Source: Bacteroidota bacterium
GTDB lineage: Bacteria; Bacteroidota; Bacteroidia; UKL13-3
Reading direction: 5' to 3'
Assembly: GCA_947464275.1 (NCBI GenBank)
Contig: CANHVU010000014.1
Span: 10,324-74,323 of the forward strand
DNA length: 64,000 nucleotides
This document shows, in pieces, positions 28,669 through 39,601 of this stretch. The notes below the pieces were generated by a model, which saw nothing but the letters and a program-made list of their open reading frames with translations, did no database searches and was not told the origin of the DNA. The translations under genes and the position numbers were made by a program. Every line of letters starts with the position of its first letter. Within the stretch, counting starts at the first letter, position 1.

Positions 28669-30141
28669 ATGTATAAACATAAGCTGCTAAGCATTTTTGT
28701 TATTTTTATTTTTTCAGTAAAATTAAAAGCGCAAACTATAGAGTTTGGACAGCCTATAAAAGTAAAAAGTAAAATAAATTATACCCAAATTATTGGCAGT
28801 AATGAGCAAGGTTCGTTTTTGATACGCTGCCGCGATAATAGCTTTAAAAAAGAAGTTGTTATTGAAAAATACAATGCCAAGCTTACTTTAGACTTAAGCA
28901 AAGAAATTACACTAAGCATTCCCGCATTAATTGAAAAAGTTATCCTTATTAACCAACAAATCTATGTGTTTGTAACAGCTAAAAACAACACTACCAACAA
29001 AATAGACTTTTTAGTTCAAAAATTTGATATGAATTTCAATTTATCGGGAGGCATGGTACTTTTGGCCTCAATAGATGAATACTTAATTGGTGATAACTTA
29101 AACCTCTCCATAAAAAACAGCATTAATAAAAAATTCTTTAGTTTGAGTTTTATAGGTAATGCAAGCCAAAACAATAAAGAAAAATCAGCTCTGTATTTAT
29201 TTGGGTTTGATGCAGGTTTCACCCAAATATATGGTAAAACTTTTGAAATTAATGAACGGGTTGCAGATATTGAAACAACCAATTCAGATATAGATAATGA
29301 TGGAAACTATTTTACCTTACTTGATTTTCCTAAACCTAACAAAATCCGTAAACGAAATAATGATAGAAAGTTTGTAATGTATGTATTTTACCATGCTAAT
29401 CAAACTATGCTCGAATACGATATAGCCCAGCCAAATATTACTATTGATGATATAGGATTTGTGGTAAACAATGTAAAAAAACAAATCAATTTAATAGGCT
29501 TTTATGCAGAAGAAGAGCAAAAAGACAATAAAGGATATTTTTACCAAACCATCGATTTAACAAATACCTCTATAAAAATAAATAGGCTTGATTCTGTTTC
29601 CTTAAATGTTTTAAAAGACCGAATTTCATTTAGCAAAACGATGGATTTAAACGATTTATACATCCGGAAAATAATTCCTAGAAGTGATGGTGGTTTATTT
29701 TTAATAGCTGAAAAATACTTCTTAACCCGCCAATCTTATACTTATTATGTAAATGGATTTCCGCAAACCAATACACGTACTGTATATAATTATAACGATG
29801 TAATGCTTTTGAGTATTACCGCAGATGGTTTACTAGAAAATGGTGATGTGGTAAATAAAGAACAACAATCAATTAGCGATGGCGGTTATTATTCATCAAT
29901 TAGTAGTTTTATTAATAACGATGCTATTTACACTATTTACAATGCTGATGTAAGCCAAGAAGGCGATGTATTGATGAACAAATTTGATGTAAAAGGTAAA
30001 AGTGAAAACAAAATTTTAGTAAAGGCAATTAATGCAAGTTTGCTAATCATACCAACCGATTGTAAACAAATTTCGGCTAATTCTCTTTTGGCTTGCACCA
30101 TTCGAGATAAACGATTTACTTTGATGCGTATTACTTTTTAA
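28669..30141 (+). CDS. Secreted hypothetical protein
   Basis: Signal peptide; long open frame; first gene of a tightly spaced three-gene run. Confidence 0.7.
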   Translation: MYKHKLLSIFVIFIFSVKLKAQTIEFGQPIKVKSKINYTQIIGSNEQGSFLIRCRDNSFKKEVVIEKYNAKLTLDLSKEITLSIPALIEKVILINQQIYVFVTAKNNTTNKIDFLVQKFDMNFNLSGGMVLLASIDEYLIGDNLNLSIKNSINKKFFSLSFIGNASQNNKEKSALYLFGFDAGFTQIYGKTFEINERVADIETTNSDIDNDGNYFTLLDFPKPNKIRKRNNDRKFVMYVFYHANQTMLEYDIAQPNITIDDIGFVVNNVKKQINLIGFYAEEEQKDNKGYFYQTIDLTNTSIKINRLDSVSLNVLKDRISFSKTMDLNDLYIRKIIPRSDGGLFLIAEKYFLTRQSYTYYVNGFPQTNTRTVYNYNDVMLLSITADGLLENGDVVNKEQQSISDGGYYSSISSFINNDAIYTIYNADVSQEGDVLMNKFDVKGKSENKILVKAINASLLIIPTDCKQISANSLLACTIRDKRFTLMRITF

Positions 30142-30152
30142 GTTTAATTACC

Positions 30153-31136
30153 TTGCTTAACCTATTTAGAAACAACAGTATATTTGCCTTCGTATTCTTA
30201 ATTGTATTTGCAGTTTTAATACGTTTACTCCCGTTTTTAGTCAATGTACCTATTGATTTAAATATCAATGCACCATTGGCTCAAGTTACTTTTAATTGGA
30301 TAACCACTTTTGAAGATTACTATTATTTTAGTGCTGTAAGTGCAAGTTTTTTTGTTTTTTTAGAAGCTTGGTTAGTTAATCATATTGTTACCAAACATAG
30401 TATCTTAAACAAGGACAGCTTTTTACCTGCATTATTTTTTGTATTATTAAACAGCCTTTATCCTCAACAGCTTTTTTTAAGTCCGCAACTAATTGGTAAC
30501 CTCTTCATTATTTTTATGTTTTATAGATTATGTAATCTATACGAGGCAGAAAGACCACTCTATATTGTACTTGATAGTGGATTATACTTAGGTTTAGCAG
30601 TTTTGTTTAATTACGACACATTGGTTTATTTACCCTTTATTTTAATAAGTGTGGTGCTAATGACCTACTTTAATATTAGATTTTTACTGGCCTCTATTTT
30701 TGGGATTTTATTACCAATCTACTTATTATGTGTTTTGTTTTTTTTAAACGACAACTTAAATGATTTAATAATCATTGTAAATAAAAGTTTAGACCGCACT
30801 TATTTAAACCAAATAAAATTTAATTGGATTAAGTTAATTCCTTGGATTTTAATAACAGGAATTGTACTACTTTCGGGTATATCGCTGCAAACCAATTATT
30901 TTAAAAATAAAGTAAAAACCCGAAGAATACTATTTACTGTAGCTTTATTTATTGCCATTTCTATTTTATTAGTTTTAATCGAAGATCATAATATCGTATT
31001 TGGAATATGCTATTTGGCTGTTCCTGTTAGCATAATTATGGCAAATTATTTTATAAGTTCCCGTTTGGCCATCCTAAAGGAGACTTTCTTTTTTTTAATG
31101 ATTGCCGCAGCAATTATTTATCAATATTTTATTTAA
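30153..31136 (+). CDS. Polytopic membrane protein (DUF6427-like)
   Basis: About 9 TM segments; TTG start; family call by resemblance only. Confidence 0.6.
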   Translation: MLNLFRNNSIFAFVFLIVFAVLIRLLPFLVNVPIDLNINAPLAQVTFNWITTFEDYYYFSAVSASFFVFLEAWLVNHIVTKHSILNKDSFLPALFFVLLNSLYPQQLFLSPQLIGNLFIIFMFYRLCNLYEAERPLYIVLDSGLYLGLAVLFNYDTLVYLPFILISVVLMTYFNIRFLLASIFGILLPIYLLCVLFFLNDNLNDLIIIVNKSLDRTYLNQIKFNWIKLIPWILITGIVLLSGISLQTNYFKNKVKTRRILFTVALFIAISILLVLIEDHNIVFGICYLAVPVSIIMANYFISSRLAILKETFFFLMIAAAIIYQYFI

Positions 31137-31145
31137 AAACACTAC

Positions 31146-32492
31146 ATGAAATTTACTGCTAACTTTTCTTTATTAATTATTTCCATATTGCTTTCAATTA
31201 ATGCTTTGGCACAAAAAAATGAAGCTTTGGCTGTACAAAAATCAGTTGAATTAATTGAATTATTTAAAACGGAACAATATGAAAAAGCCTACTCCTTAGG
31301 CGATGATATAATGTTAAGAAGAATTTCACCTGATAGATTACAAGGTATTTGGGAGAGTTTAGCTTCAGTAAATGGCGATTTAAAAGAAGTTGGAACTACT
31401 TCATACTTATTCATTGACACAGTTCATATTACCACCACCAAATTAAAGTATAAAAATGGTTCAGTTGGCTTACGTTTAAGTTTTGGATTGGATTGGAAAT
31501 TGCGCGGCCTTTTTATAGTAGATGCAGAGCCCATGTACAATATTCCTGAGTATGTAAATACATTTGGGTTTTATGAAATTAAAATTCCTTTTGGACCAGC
31601 AGGTTTCGAGGGCGAGGCTATTTTAACAGTGCCTATTCAACAGAAAAAATATCCTTGTATTATCATTATTGGAGGTAGTGGCCCAATTGATAAGGATGCT
31701 ACTATTGGACCAAACAGAATTTATAAAGATTTTAGTTGGGGCCTTGCCAATAAAGGAATTGCAACAGTTCGATTTGACAAAAGAACCAAAGCCTATTTTG
31801 GTAAAATGATGCAAGAGCATAAAAATGGAAACTATTACACCATTGAACAAGAATATTTAGACGATGTAAAAGAATTGGTTAAAAAAGTAAGTAAAAAAGA
31901 AGCCATTGATGCCAATAGAATATACTTAATGGGCCATAGCCAAGGTGGAGGATTAATGCCATTGTTTTTAAAACAAAATAAATCAGTAGCTGGCGCAATT
32001 ATGGCAGCTGGTAATTATACCACCATGCCCAATTTAATGCTTTATCAGTTTGATTATTTAATGCCCATGCAAGTTAAAACCAAAGCTGATTCTGCTCTTT
32101 TTGACAAGTTAAGAGCGCAAGCTAAAAATGCCACTAAAGGGAATTTGCCTAATACATTCCCTAACGATAGCTTACCAGCCATGTATCCCTTTAGTTATTG
32201 GAATTACATGAATAAAATTGAATTTGTAAAATTAGCTAAATCCAACAAAAAACCCGTTTTAATTATTCAAGGCGAGCGCGATTACCAAGTGCCAATTAGT
32301 GAATATAAATTATGGAAAGATGCTTTAGTTGACCATAATAATTATATGTTTACCTCTTTTGCCAAATTAAACCATTTATTTATGGAAGGTGAAGGAAAAT
32401 CAACACCTGACGAATACTCAAAACGAGGTAATGTACCCGAATATGTAATTGATGAAATTGCAAAATGGATTAAAGCCCAACCTAGAAAATAG
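31146..32492 (+). CDS. DUF3887-like domain plus alpha/beta hydrolase
   Basis: GSGPIDKD, GHSQGG, QGERDYQV, LNHLF. Confidence 0.85.
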   Translation: MKFTANFSLLIISILLSINALAQKNEALAVQKSVELIELFKTEQYEKAYSLGDDIMLRRISPDRLQGIWESLASVNGDLKEVGTTSYLFIDTVHITTTKLKYKNGSVGLRLSFGLDWKLRGLFIVDAEPMYNIPEYVNTFGFYEIKIPFGPAGFEGEAILTVPIQQKKYPCIIIIGGSGPIDKDATIGPNRIYKDFSWGLANKGIATVRFDKRTKAYFGKMMQEHKNGNYYTIEQEYLDDVKELVKKVSKKEAIDANRIYLMGHSQGGGLMPLFLKQNKSVAGAIMAAGNYTTMPNLMLYQFDYLMPMQVKTKADSALFDKLRAQAKNATKGNLPNTFPNDSLPAMYPFSYWNYMNKIEFVKLAKSNKKPVLIIQGERDYQVPISEYKLWKDALVDHNNYMFTSFAKLNHLFMEGEGKSTPDEYSKRGNVPEYVIDEIAKWIKAQPRK

Positions 32493-32582
32493 GTTATCAT
32501 TTCATAATTCACGTTTCAACTCCGCTCAACGTCCGCCTTTCATAATCCAACATTCATAATTCAACATTCATAATTCAAAAAC

Positions 32583-32987
32583 ATGATAACAGTATCTGTA
32601 AAAATTGATGCCCCATTGGAAAAGGTTTGGAATTATTTTACCCAACCGGAACATATTGTAAAATGGAACTTTGCCAACGATGATTGGCACGCGCCCTATG
32701 CCGAAAATGATCTAACAGTAAACGGACTTTTTAAATATACCATGGCAGCCAAAGATGGTAGTTTTAGTTTTGATTTTGAGGGTAATTATACCCAAATTGA
32801 AACCCACAAAACCATAGCTTATACCATGGGTGATGGCAGAAAAGCCATTCTTCATTTCACTGAAAATAATAACCAAACCGAAGTAGTAGAACTATTTGAA
32901 CCCGAAAATGAAAATCCTGAAGAGATGCAACAAATGGGATGGCAAGCCATTTTAAACAACTTTAAAAAATACGTGGAGCAAAACTAA
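32583..32987 (+). CDS. SRPBCC/AHSA1-like protein
   Basis: PEHIVKWNFA..DW, MAAKDGSFSFDF, GWQAILNNFK. Confidence 0.85.
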   Translation: MITVSVKIDAPLEKVWNYFTQPEHIVKWNFANDDWHAPYAENDLTVNGLFKYTMAAKDGSFSFDFEGNYTQIETHKTIAYTMGDGRKAILHFTENNNQTEVVELFEPENENPEEMQQMGWQAILNNFKKYVEQN

Positions 32988-33277
32988 TCAACGCATACTG
33001 TTTAAATTATTAAACCTTTTTAAAACCAGCATTATTAATTATAGATTCAGTCAAAGAAAGAAATTAATATATTGGTTATTTAAACAACTGCTAATGCGCA
33101 ATGTCATTCATCTTGAATTGAATTAATCCAATTCAATAGAATTGTTCAAACAACATTTTTTATTCCATTCAAAATTTACAAATTGAAGAATTGCAATTTT
33201 ATATTAATAGTTTTAAAAAAAAAATAACTAACTTAACAACTAAAAAAAATCCATTTTCGAAACATAATTATTAAAAA

Positions 33278-35029
33278 ATGAAAAAAGCAATATTATTAGC
33301 AACCCTTATATTTAGTATTCAGTACCTTTCTTATTCTCAAATACCCAATTGGGAATGGTCAAAAACTTTGGCTGGACAAAAGGATGATAATGCAAAAAGC
33401 ATTGCATGCGACTCAAAAGGGGATGTTGTTATGGTAGGAGATTTTCTGAGTGATTCAATTATTACTGGTTCAATAAAATTGCGTAACATACACCCAACCG
33501 GTGGAGTAATAAACCAATATAAACTATCTGATATTTTTGTAGGCAAATACGATTCTGCAGGGAATGTAATTTGGGCAAAAAATTTCGGTAGTGATAGTAG
33601 TGACTATGCCTATTCTGTAGCTATTGATAATGCAAATAATATTATTGTTGTTGGTAAATTTTATGGTAATACTTTTAGAATTGGAAATATTTCTATTTCC
33701 AAAACTATTGGACAATATACGCCTGATGCTTTTATTTTCAAATTAGACCCAAATGGCAATGTAATTTGGGCCAAGAGTATTGGTGGAATTTCTTTAGAGG
33801 AAGGCAAAGCAGTTACAACCGATGAGCAAAATAATATTTATATGGCAGGCCAATTTTGGGGTGCAAATACCAACCTTGGTGCCGATGTATTTTCATCGAA
33901 AGGTGCAGATGATATTTTTATTACAAAATACTCAGGTAATGGTACGGCTATTTGGACAAAAACATTTGGTTCTTCTACCAATGAAAGCGTTGTTGATATT
34001 TGTTCTGATAAGGGTGGGCATATTTATTTTACCGGAGAGTATCGATCTTCCAACCTAACAATAGGAACCTTATTACCACCGAACATAGACAGTTCACCAA
34101 CAACAGAGGTTTATGTTTCTAAAATGGATTTGAATGGCAATATTGTTTGGACTAAAACAGCTAATTGTAGTGGTGGCGATTATGTTAAAAGTTTAGCAGT
34201 AGATAAGCAAAAAAATGTATTAATAACAGGAAGATTTGCCGAGTATTATTTAAATATTGGCAATAATATTTTTCCCGGAGATCATATTACAAACCCTAAT
34301 TGTACAAACGGAGCTGGATTGTTTTTAATAAAATTTGATAGCCTAGGAACATTTAAATGGTTTCAAACAATTTCAATTGCATATAGTGAGGCTGGATTAG
34401 CAGTTAAAACGGATAAAGATGACAATATTTTTGTGGTGGCTTTTGGTAAAGGTGACACCCTTGTAATTGATACTATAACGGTTTACGCAATTCCTAATAG
34501 TGCCACACTGTTACTAAAATATAACCCCGATGGACATATTATTTGGCAAAAAACATTTGGCATAGGTGATCATTTAGGTTATTTAGACATTGAAACAGAT
34601 ATTGATATTTCTAATCAAGGCAATTTATATTTAGGTAGTAGTTTTATGAAACCCACCTATTCAATGGATAAAGTTTTATGTACCAATACTAATAATTTTT
34701 TATCATATGAACCCTTTATAGCAAAATTAGGAAATGTTAATCAAGGTATGGGTAATAATGAACTAGATTTAGAATATACATTGAATATTTACCCAAATCC
34801 ATTTACTAACTCAATTTCTATTGAATATCATTCGTCAAAAAAAGAGTACTCAACATTAACTATATTTGATGTTAATGGTAAAAAAGTTTTTGAAAATTCT
34901 AATGTTGAAACGTTAAAAGGAAAAAATACCATTTCATTAAACAATATAGACATTAATAATGGCCTATATTTCATAAGCCTTATGGTGGATGGTAAATCCC
35001 GTACTTATAAAGTATCTTGTTTGAGATAA
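33278..35029 (+). CDS. SBBP beta-propeller repeat protein with T9SS sorting domain
   Basis: Repeated DIF..KYD..GNVIWAK..G units; C-terminal IYPNPF...GLYFI. Confidence 0.85.
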   Translation: MKKAILLATLIFSIQYLSYSQIPNWEWSKTLAGQKDDNAKSIACDSKGDVVMVGDFLSDSIITGSIKLRNIHPTGGVINQYKLSDIFVGKYDSAGNVIWAKNFGSDSSDYAYSVAIDNANNIIVVGKFYGNTFRIGNISISKTIGQYTPDAFIFKLDPNGNVIWAKSIGGISLEEGKAVTTDEQNNIYMAGQFWGANTNLGADVFSSKGADDIFITKYSGNGTAIWTKTFGSSTNESVVDICSDKGGHIYFTGEYRSSNLTIGTLLPPNIDSSPTTEVYVSKMDLNGNIVWTKTANCSGGDYVKSLAVDKQKNVLITGRFAEYYLNIGNNIFPGDHITNPNCTNGAGLFLIKFDSLGTFKWFQTISIAYSEAGLAVKTDKDDNIFVVAFGKGDTLVIDTITVYAIPNSATLLLKYNPDGHIIWQKTFGIGDHLGYLDIETDIDISNQGNLYLGSSFMKPTYSMDKVLCTNTNNFLSYEPFIAKLGNVNQGMGNNELDLEYTLNIYPNPFTNSISIEYHSSKKEYSTLTIFDVNGKKVFENSNVETLKGKNTISLNNIDINNGLYFISLMVDGKSRTYKVSCLR

Positions 35030-35089
35030 TTTAAACAATCATACTTACTTAATATAAAGTCACTTTTATTATAAAAATGACTAATTACC

Positions 35090-35128
35090 CATAAATTAAA
35101 TAGGTAGTTGATACCTATTTAATTTATG
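35090..35128. terminator. Long hairpin between convergent genes
   Basis: CATAAATTAAATAGGTA-gttga-TACCTATTTAATTTATG, 17-bp perfect stem. Confidence 0.6.
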
Positions 35129-35253
35129 AATTATAACCACAATTTTGAAATACTTGATAATATTATTTAACTCAAATATTGGCAATTAAAATTGATTTTT
35201 AGCTGCTCAATTACTTCATTTTAGCCATAACAGAACCCCAATTTACAATAATA

Positions 35254-37884
35254 TTAAGGTTTTAATGCAATAACACCCAGCAAATTATTGATATCAATTA
35301 TTGGGTAATCACCAAAATCTGTAGAACTATCACCAGTTAAATCAGTTGTTAAATAACCAAGAACACCATTTTGATTATCTATATCCAACAAAGGGTAATC
35401 CGCAAAATCAATAGAACCATCTTGTGTAATATCACCACAATATAATAGGAAAACACCTCCATCATTTTTTACATTATCACCAAACGATTTATCAGCTGCA
35501 TTCGAAAAATCATAATTTGTATTGCTAGCAAGTAATATAGGATTAGCGCTCCATGTTTCAATTGAATTCCTATGTTTTATGGCTACATAAAAACGATTAT
35601 TATTAAAAGTATTCGGAATATTAATTGAACATATACCGTTGGTATCTAATAATGCATTGGAAGAGAATACAGTCATAAACATTCCAAGCGTATCATGTAA
35701 TTCTATGGTTAAGGTATCTGCAATATTTTGAGGACTAATTCCATCAGCATTAAACGGTGCTGAAGTCATTTTTTCATTACCTAAGTATAGTCCTTCTAGA
35801 AAAACTTTAATATTCAATGCTAAATAATTGGGTTGAATAGTTAAATTCAATGTAGCAATAGAATCACAACCTAACGAATTGATTGTAGAGTATGAATAAG
35901 TCCCTGAAGTGGTTATATTTTGTCCATTCCAACTGTAAGGCAATGAACTAGAAGAAATTGATAGATTGTTAGTTGAATTAGTAGCTGAACATAAACGCAC
36001 ATTTCCTACCACACTCAAATCGTAAGCAGTTGAAGCAGCTCTATCGTAAAAGTAAAAAGTACCGCCAGTACCGCCATAAGGCAATATTCTAACCGTTATT
36101 GTTTTAGATGAATGAATATTTTGCAAACCTGGAATTGTTGTTAAATCAATTGATCCAGCAGAGGCACCTGATGAAGTGCTAATTGGGAAATTTAAGGTGG
36201 CCAAATTATTGAAAACGCCACCATTTATACTGTATTGTACCAAAGCATTTGTTGCGCCAGTGCTCGAACGTCTATAGTCTATTGGAGAGATAGATCCCAT
36301 ATCCATGGCATAACCGGTTGCAGGTTTTAAAGTAAAAGTGATAGCAGAATTACCTGTAATTGCTGTTGCTGATGTAGCCGTATTTACAGTTCCTCCCCAT
36401 GCCCTGGCTGCTGCTGCCGATGTGGTGGGTGCTAAAATCCCTGCACCCCTATCCAAACCACCAATAGTACAATTAGCTAAATTAAAGTTTGGATTTAATG
36501 GACTAGCACCAAAATTATTGGTTCCAGTTCCACCTAACAAAGTACTAAAATCCCACCCAGCAATTATTCCATTAGATACAGTTAAACTTCTTACCACATC
36601 AACTGCAGCTAAATAATTGGTATTGCCCAATTCTGATGCAGTAATATTTGTGGTACCTAAACCAATAATGGTAACTGTATTACCCGAAATAGTTGCTACC
36701 GAAGAATTACTGCTTGTAAATGTGACAGGATTACCTGAATTGCCTCCTGTTGCCGAAAGAGTGAAAGGCGGACTGCCAATCGTTTTATTGGGTAAAGCAT
36801 TGAATGTAATCAATTGAGATGCTTGTGTAACCGTTAATGTTTTAGAAACATTAACAGCAGGATTATAAAAAGAATTTCCTCCTTGTGAAGCAGTTATGGT
36901 GGTGGTTCCAATTCCAACTACAGTAACTACATTTCCACTTATAGTTGCTACATTGGTATTAGAACTTACATAGCTTACCGATAGATTTGAACTTGCAGTA
37001 GCTGTTAAATTAAATGTACTACCATAGGTTACGTTTGCCAGTGGATTAAAAGTAATAGTTTGTGTTACAGGAACTGAACTTCCTCCCCAAATAATACCTA
37101 CGTATTCAGGATGGTCAATAAATGGATTTCTATTGTTTTGTAAGTGATAAATGGCATTGTTACGAGCAATTTCCCTCGCACTTACCGTATCTTGATTATG
37201 CCAAGTGATAAGCATATTTAAAAAGGCAGTGCTAAAAACCTGATTGCTGCTTCCGTTAAACATGGCATAAGTAGTGTAACCCGCCACTACATTTTCATAC
37301 CTTGTAGCAAAATAAAAATACATGCGTGCAATGTCACCCTTAAATTCATCAAGTGGTTCAAACACAGTTCCAGTATAACCCGCCACAGCACTTGTACCTC
37401 GTTTGCTGCCATTTAAAGATGTCCATGAAGCAACAGCCACATTTCCATGGGGATTATCCGAACGCATTCCATTCACATAACCATCTACAGGAACTATAAA
37501 ATGGGCATCAGACATCATAGGCGAAGCTGAATTGAAAATAGACTGAGGGATAATGTGTTCTCTATTATAACAGTTTCCTTGAGTGGTATAAGTACCACAT
37601 TGATTGCTGCTGTAAATGAATGTTACGGGGTCAGCACCTGTGGGATTTTCTGAATAAAGGTCGAAAACAGAATTGTCGTTTTCGTATTGATTATCTCTAT
37701 CCGTAGTAGCATAAGCCGACCACAAACCAGCATATCCTAAATTGGTGTGGTTGGTAATTTTATTATATAACTGCGTTTTAAGCACATATCCAGTGCCTGT
37801 TGCGGTGCTATAATACCCAGTAGGTATTTGGGCAATGGAACTTGCAGCTACAAATAAAGCCACAAATAATAATTTATATTTCAT
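35254..37884 (-). CDS. Secreted endonuclease I (Bsn/EndA-like) with Ig-like and dockerin-like domains
   Basis: YNREHIIPQS, KGDIARMYFYFATRY, NRNPFIDHPE; two QxITFNxL...SSNxxVATISGN repeats; C-terminal paired Asp-rich loops. Confidence 0.88.
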   Translation of the reverse strand: MKYKLLFVALFVAASSIAQIPTGYYSTATGTGYVLKTQLYNKITNHTNLGYAGLWSAYATTDRDNQYENDNSVFDLYSENPTGADPVTFIYSSNQCGTYTTQGNCYNREHIIPQSIFNSASPMMSDAHFIVPVDGYVNGMRSDNPHGNVAVASWTSLNGSKRGTSAVAGYTGTVFEPLDEFKGDIARMYFYFATRYENVVAGYTTYAMFNGSSNQVFSTAFLNMLITWHNQDTVSAREIARNNAIYHLQNNRNPFIDHPEYVGIIWGGSSVPVTQTITFNPLANVTYGSTFNLTATASSNLSVSYVSSNTNVATISGNVVTVVGIGTTTITASQGGNSFYNPAVNVSKTLTVTQASQLITFNALPNKTIGSPPFTLSATGGNSGNPVTFTSSNSSVATISGNTVTIIGLGTTNITASELGNTNYLAAVDVVRSLTVSNGIIAGWDFSTLLGGTGTNNFGASPLNPNFNLANCTIGGLDRGAGILAPTTSAAAARAWGGTVNTATSATAITGNSAITFTLKPATGYAMDMGSISPIDYRRSSTGATNALVQYSINGGVFNNLATLNFPISTSSGASAGSIDLTTIPGLQNIHSSKTITVRILPYGGTGGTFYFYDRAASTAYDLSVVGNVRLCSATNSTNNLSISSSSLPYSWNGQNITTSGTYSYSTINSLGCDSIATLNLTIQPNYLALNIKVFLEGLYLGNEKMTSAPFNADGISPQNIADTLTIELHDTLGMFMTVFSSNALLDTNGICSINIPNTFNNNRFYVAIKHRNSIETWSANPILLASNTNYDFSNAADKSFGDNVKNDGGVFLLYCGDITQDGSIDFADYPLLDIDNQNGVLGYLTTDLTGDSSTDFGDYPIIDINNLLGVIALKP

Positions 37885-38180
37885 TAGGTATTTTAATCGC
37901 AAATAAGCTACAATATTAATTAAAATAAGTTACATCAGCATTATCAGTTAATTAACTACTAAAGCCATACTATTTAGGTAATAAATGAGTAACCAAATCT
38001 TCTTTTTTAAATTATTACAATTAATAACTTACTTGAGTTAAAATACTCATTCGTTTAAAAACAATTGTAATTACAATTAAAATAACCAATGTTTGTTTTT
38101 ATAAAAAACACCTATTTATGGGTATGTTTTAATTAATTAATTATTGCATTATTTGTTAAACCATTAAACCTTATAAATTT

Positions 38181-38765
38181 ATGAAAAAACTCAAACTACT
38201 AATTACAATTCCCTTATTGCTGCTTTTATTTAAAGCTTGTAAACCTGAAGAAGGATGTGTTGACAACAATTACTATGAATATCAGGCTGAAAATAGCTTA
38301 AATAGAATACCCTATAAAGACTTTTCAGAACTTACTTTTATAAACAAAACAACACGCGATACCAGTGTATTTGTAGGACAAGGTTACGTTTATGATTGGG
38401 GAAAATACGTAACTCAAGAAGAATGCCCACAAACCTATAATTTACAACGTAGGTACATTATTTTTAATTGTACTAAAAACACAGATAGAATTATTGTTGA
38501 AAATACGTTCTTAGTTCCTTGGACTACAGCCATAAATTTCAGTTTTAATAACAAAGATAAATCATTACATCCTAGCTATTTTAGTGGACCATATGCTTAT
38601 GATTCTCTTTATATTGAGGGGAAATATTATCGTAATGTGAAGGATTTTACTTCAATAAAATCTACGACAGAATTTGGTTTTTTATATACTTTAAATGATG
38701 GAATCATAAGAATTATAGACAATAAATCAAATGACACTTTAAATTTAATAAATATAAAATTATGA
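38181..38765 (+). CDS. Hypothetical lipoprotein
   Basis: Lipobox LFKAC; similar in layout to 13033-13692. Confidence 0.7.
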   Translation: MKKLKLLITIPLLLLLFKACKPEEGCVDNNYYEYQAENSLNRIPYKDFSELTFINKTTRDTSVFVGQGYVYDWGKYVTQEECPQTYNLQRRYIIFNCTKNTDRIIVENTFLVPWTTAINFSFNNKDKSLHPSYFSGPYAYDSLYIEGKYYRNVKDFTSIKSTTEFGFLYTLNDGIIRIIDNKSNDTLNLINIKL

Positions 38766-38899
38766 AAAAATATTATATCCTTATAATCTTGGCTTGTTTA
38801 GCATTAAACACAGAAGCTAAAAAGCCTCTTGAAAAACAAAAAAACAAACCCCTTTTGCCTGTGGTTGGTGTTCTCACCAACCTTTTTTACAGCGTTTAA
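38762..38899 (+). pseudogene. Truncated secreted-protein gene start running into a REP unit
   Basis: ATGA overlap with the upstream stop; MKKYYILIILACLALNTEA signal peptide; frame enters the repeat at ~38852 and stops at 38899. Confidence 0.55.
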
Positions 38900-38993
38900 C
38901 TATGATTGTTTTGTAAAAATACCAATCATAAGGAATTTAAGGATAAATGCTGTTAGTTTTATGTTGCCCAAAAAAGCAATAAACCTCACTATC
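38852..38993 (+). repeat. ~142-bp direct repeat, left copy (REP family C doublet)
   Basis: Begins CTTTTGCCTGTGGTTGGTGTTCTCACCAACC and aligns end to end with 39694-39836. Confidence 0.92.
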
Positions 38994-38996
38994 TTT

Positions 38997-39022
38997 GCCT
39001 GTGGTTGGTGTTCTCACCAACC
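38997..39022 (+). repeat. REP family C copy
   Basis: GCCTGTGGTTGGTGTTCTCACCAACC, identical to 38857-38882 and 39699-39724. Confidence 0.95.
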
Positions 39023-39048
39023 TTTTTTACTTAATAATTTAACAACAA

Positions 39049-39567
39049 ATGCATAATTATATTTACTTTTTTACCGCCACCATTTTAAATTGGCAGAATT
39101 TATTAAAACCCGATAAATACAAACAAATAATTTGTGATAGTTTAAATTATTTGGTAAAAAATAATAGAGTTACAGTTTATGGATTTGTAATAATGCCAAA
39201 TCACATACATATAATTTGGCAAATAAACGAGCCTGATATAATAGAAACAGTGCAACGAGATTTTTTAAAATACACTGCCCAACAAATAAAATTTGACTTA
39301 CTTAAAAACCATCAAAATGTTTTAGCATATTTTAAAAGTAATGCCAAAGATAGAGCCTATCAGTTTTGGGAAAGAAGAGCCTACACTTCAAAATTATACA
39401 ACAGAAAAGTTGTGGAAGAAAAATTAAACTATATTCATAATAACCCAATAAGTAAAAAATGGAATTTATGTAGTTCACCAGAGTTATATAAATATTCTTC
39501 GGCTTCTTATTATTTATCTAACAACAATTCTTTTGACTTTATTACTGATTACAGAACAGGCATTTAG
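39049..39567 (+). CDS. REP-associated tyrosine transposase (RAYT / TnpA-REP)
   Basis: YFFTAT, VIMPNHIH (HUH), FWE, YIHNNP and YKYSSA motifs; flanked by inverted REPs. Confidence 0.92.
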   Translation: MHNYIYFFTATILNWQNLLKPDKYKQIICDSLNYLVKNNRVTVYGFVIMPNHIHIIWQINEPDIIETVQRDFLKYTAQQIKFDLLKNHQNVLAYFKSNAKDRAYQFWERRAYTSKLYNRKVVEEKLNYIHNNPISKKWNLCSSPELYKYSSASYYLSNNNSFDFITDYRTGI

Positions 39568-39575
39568 CTGTTATT

Positions 39576-39601
39576 GGTTGGTGAGAACACCAACCATAGG
39601 C
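39576..39601 (-). repeat. REP family C copy, inverted
   Basis: GGTTGGTGAGAACACCAACCATAGGC; its reverse complement differs from the other copies at one base. Confidence 0.95.

Noticed and set aside
38829-39056. 75-aa ORF upstream of the RAYT
   Set aside because: Made almost entirely of REP repeat sequence, with a TTG start.
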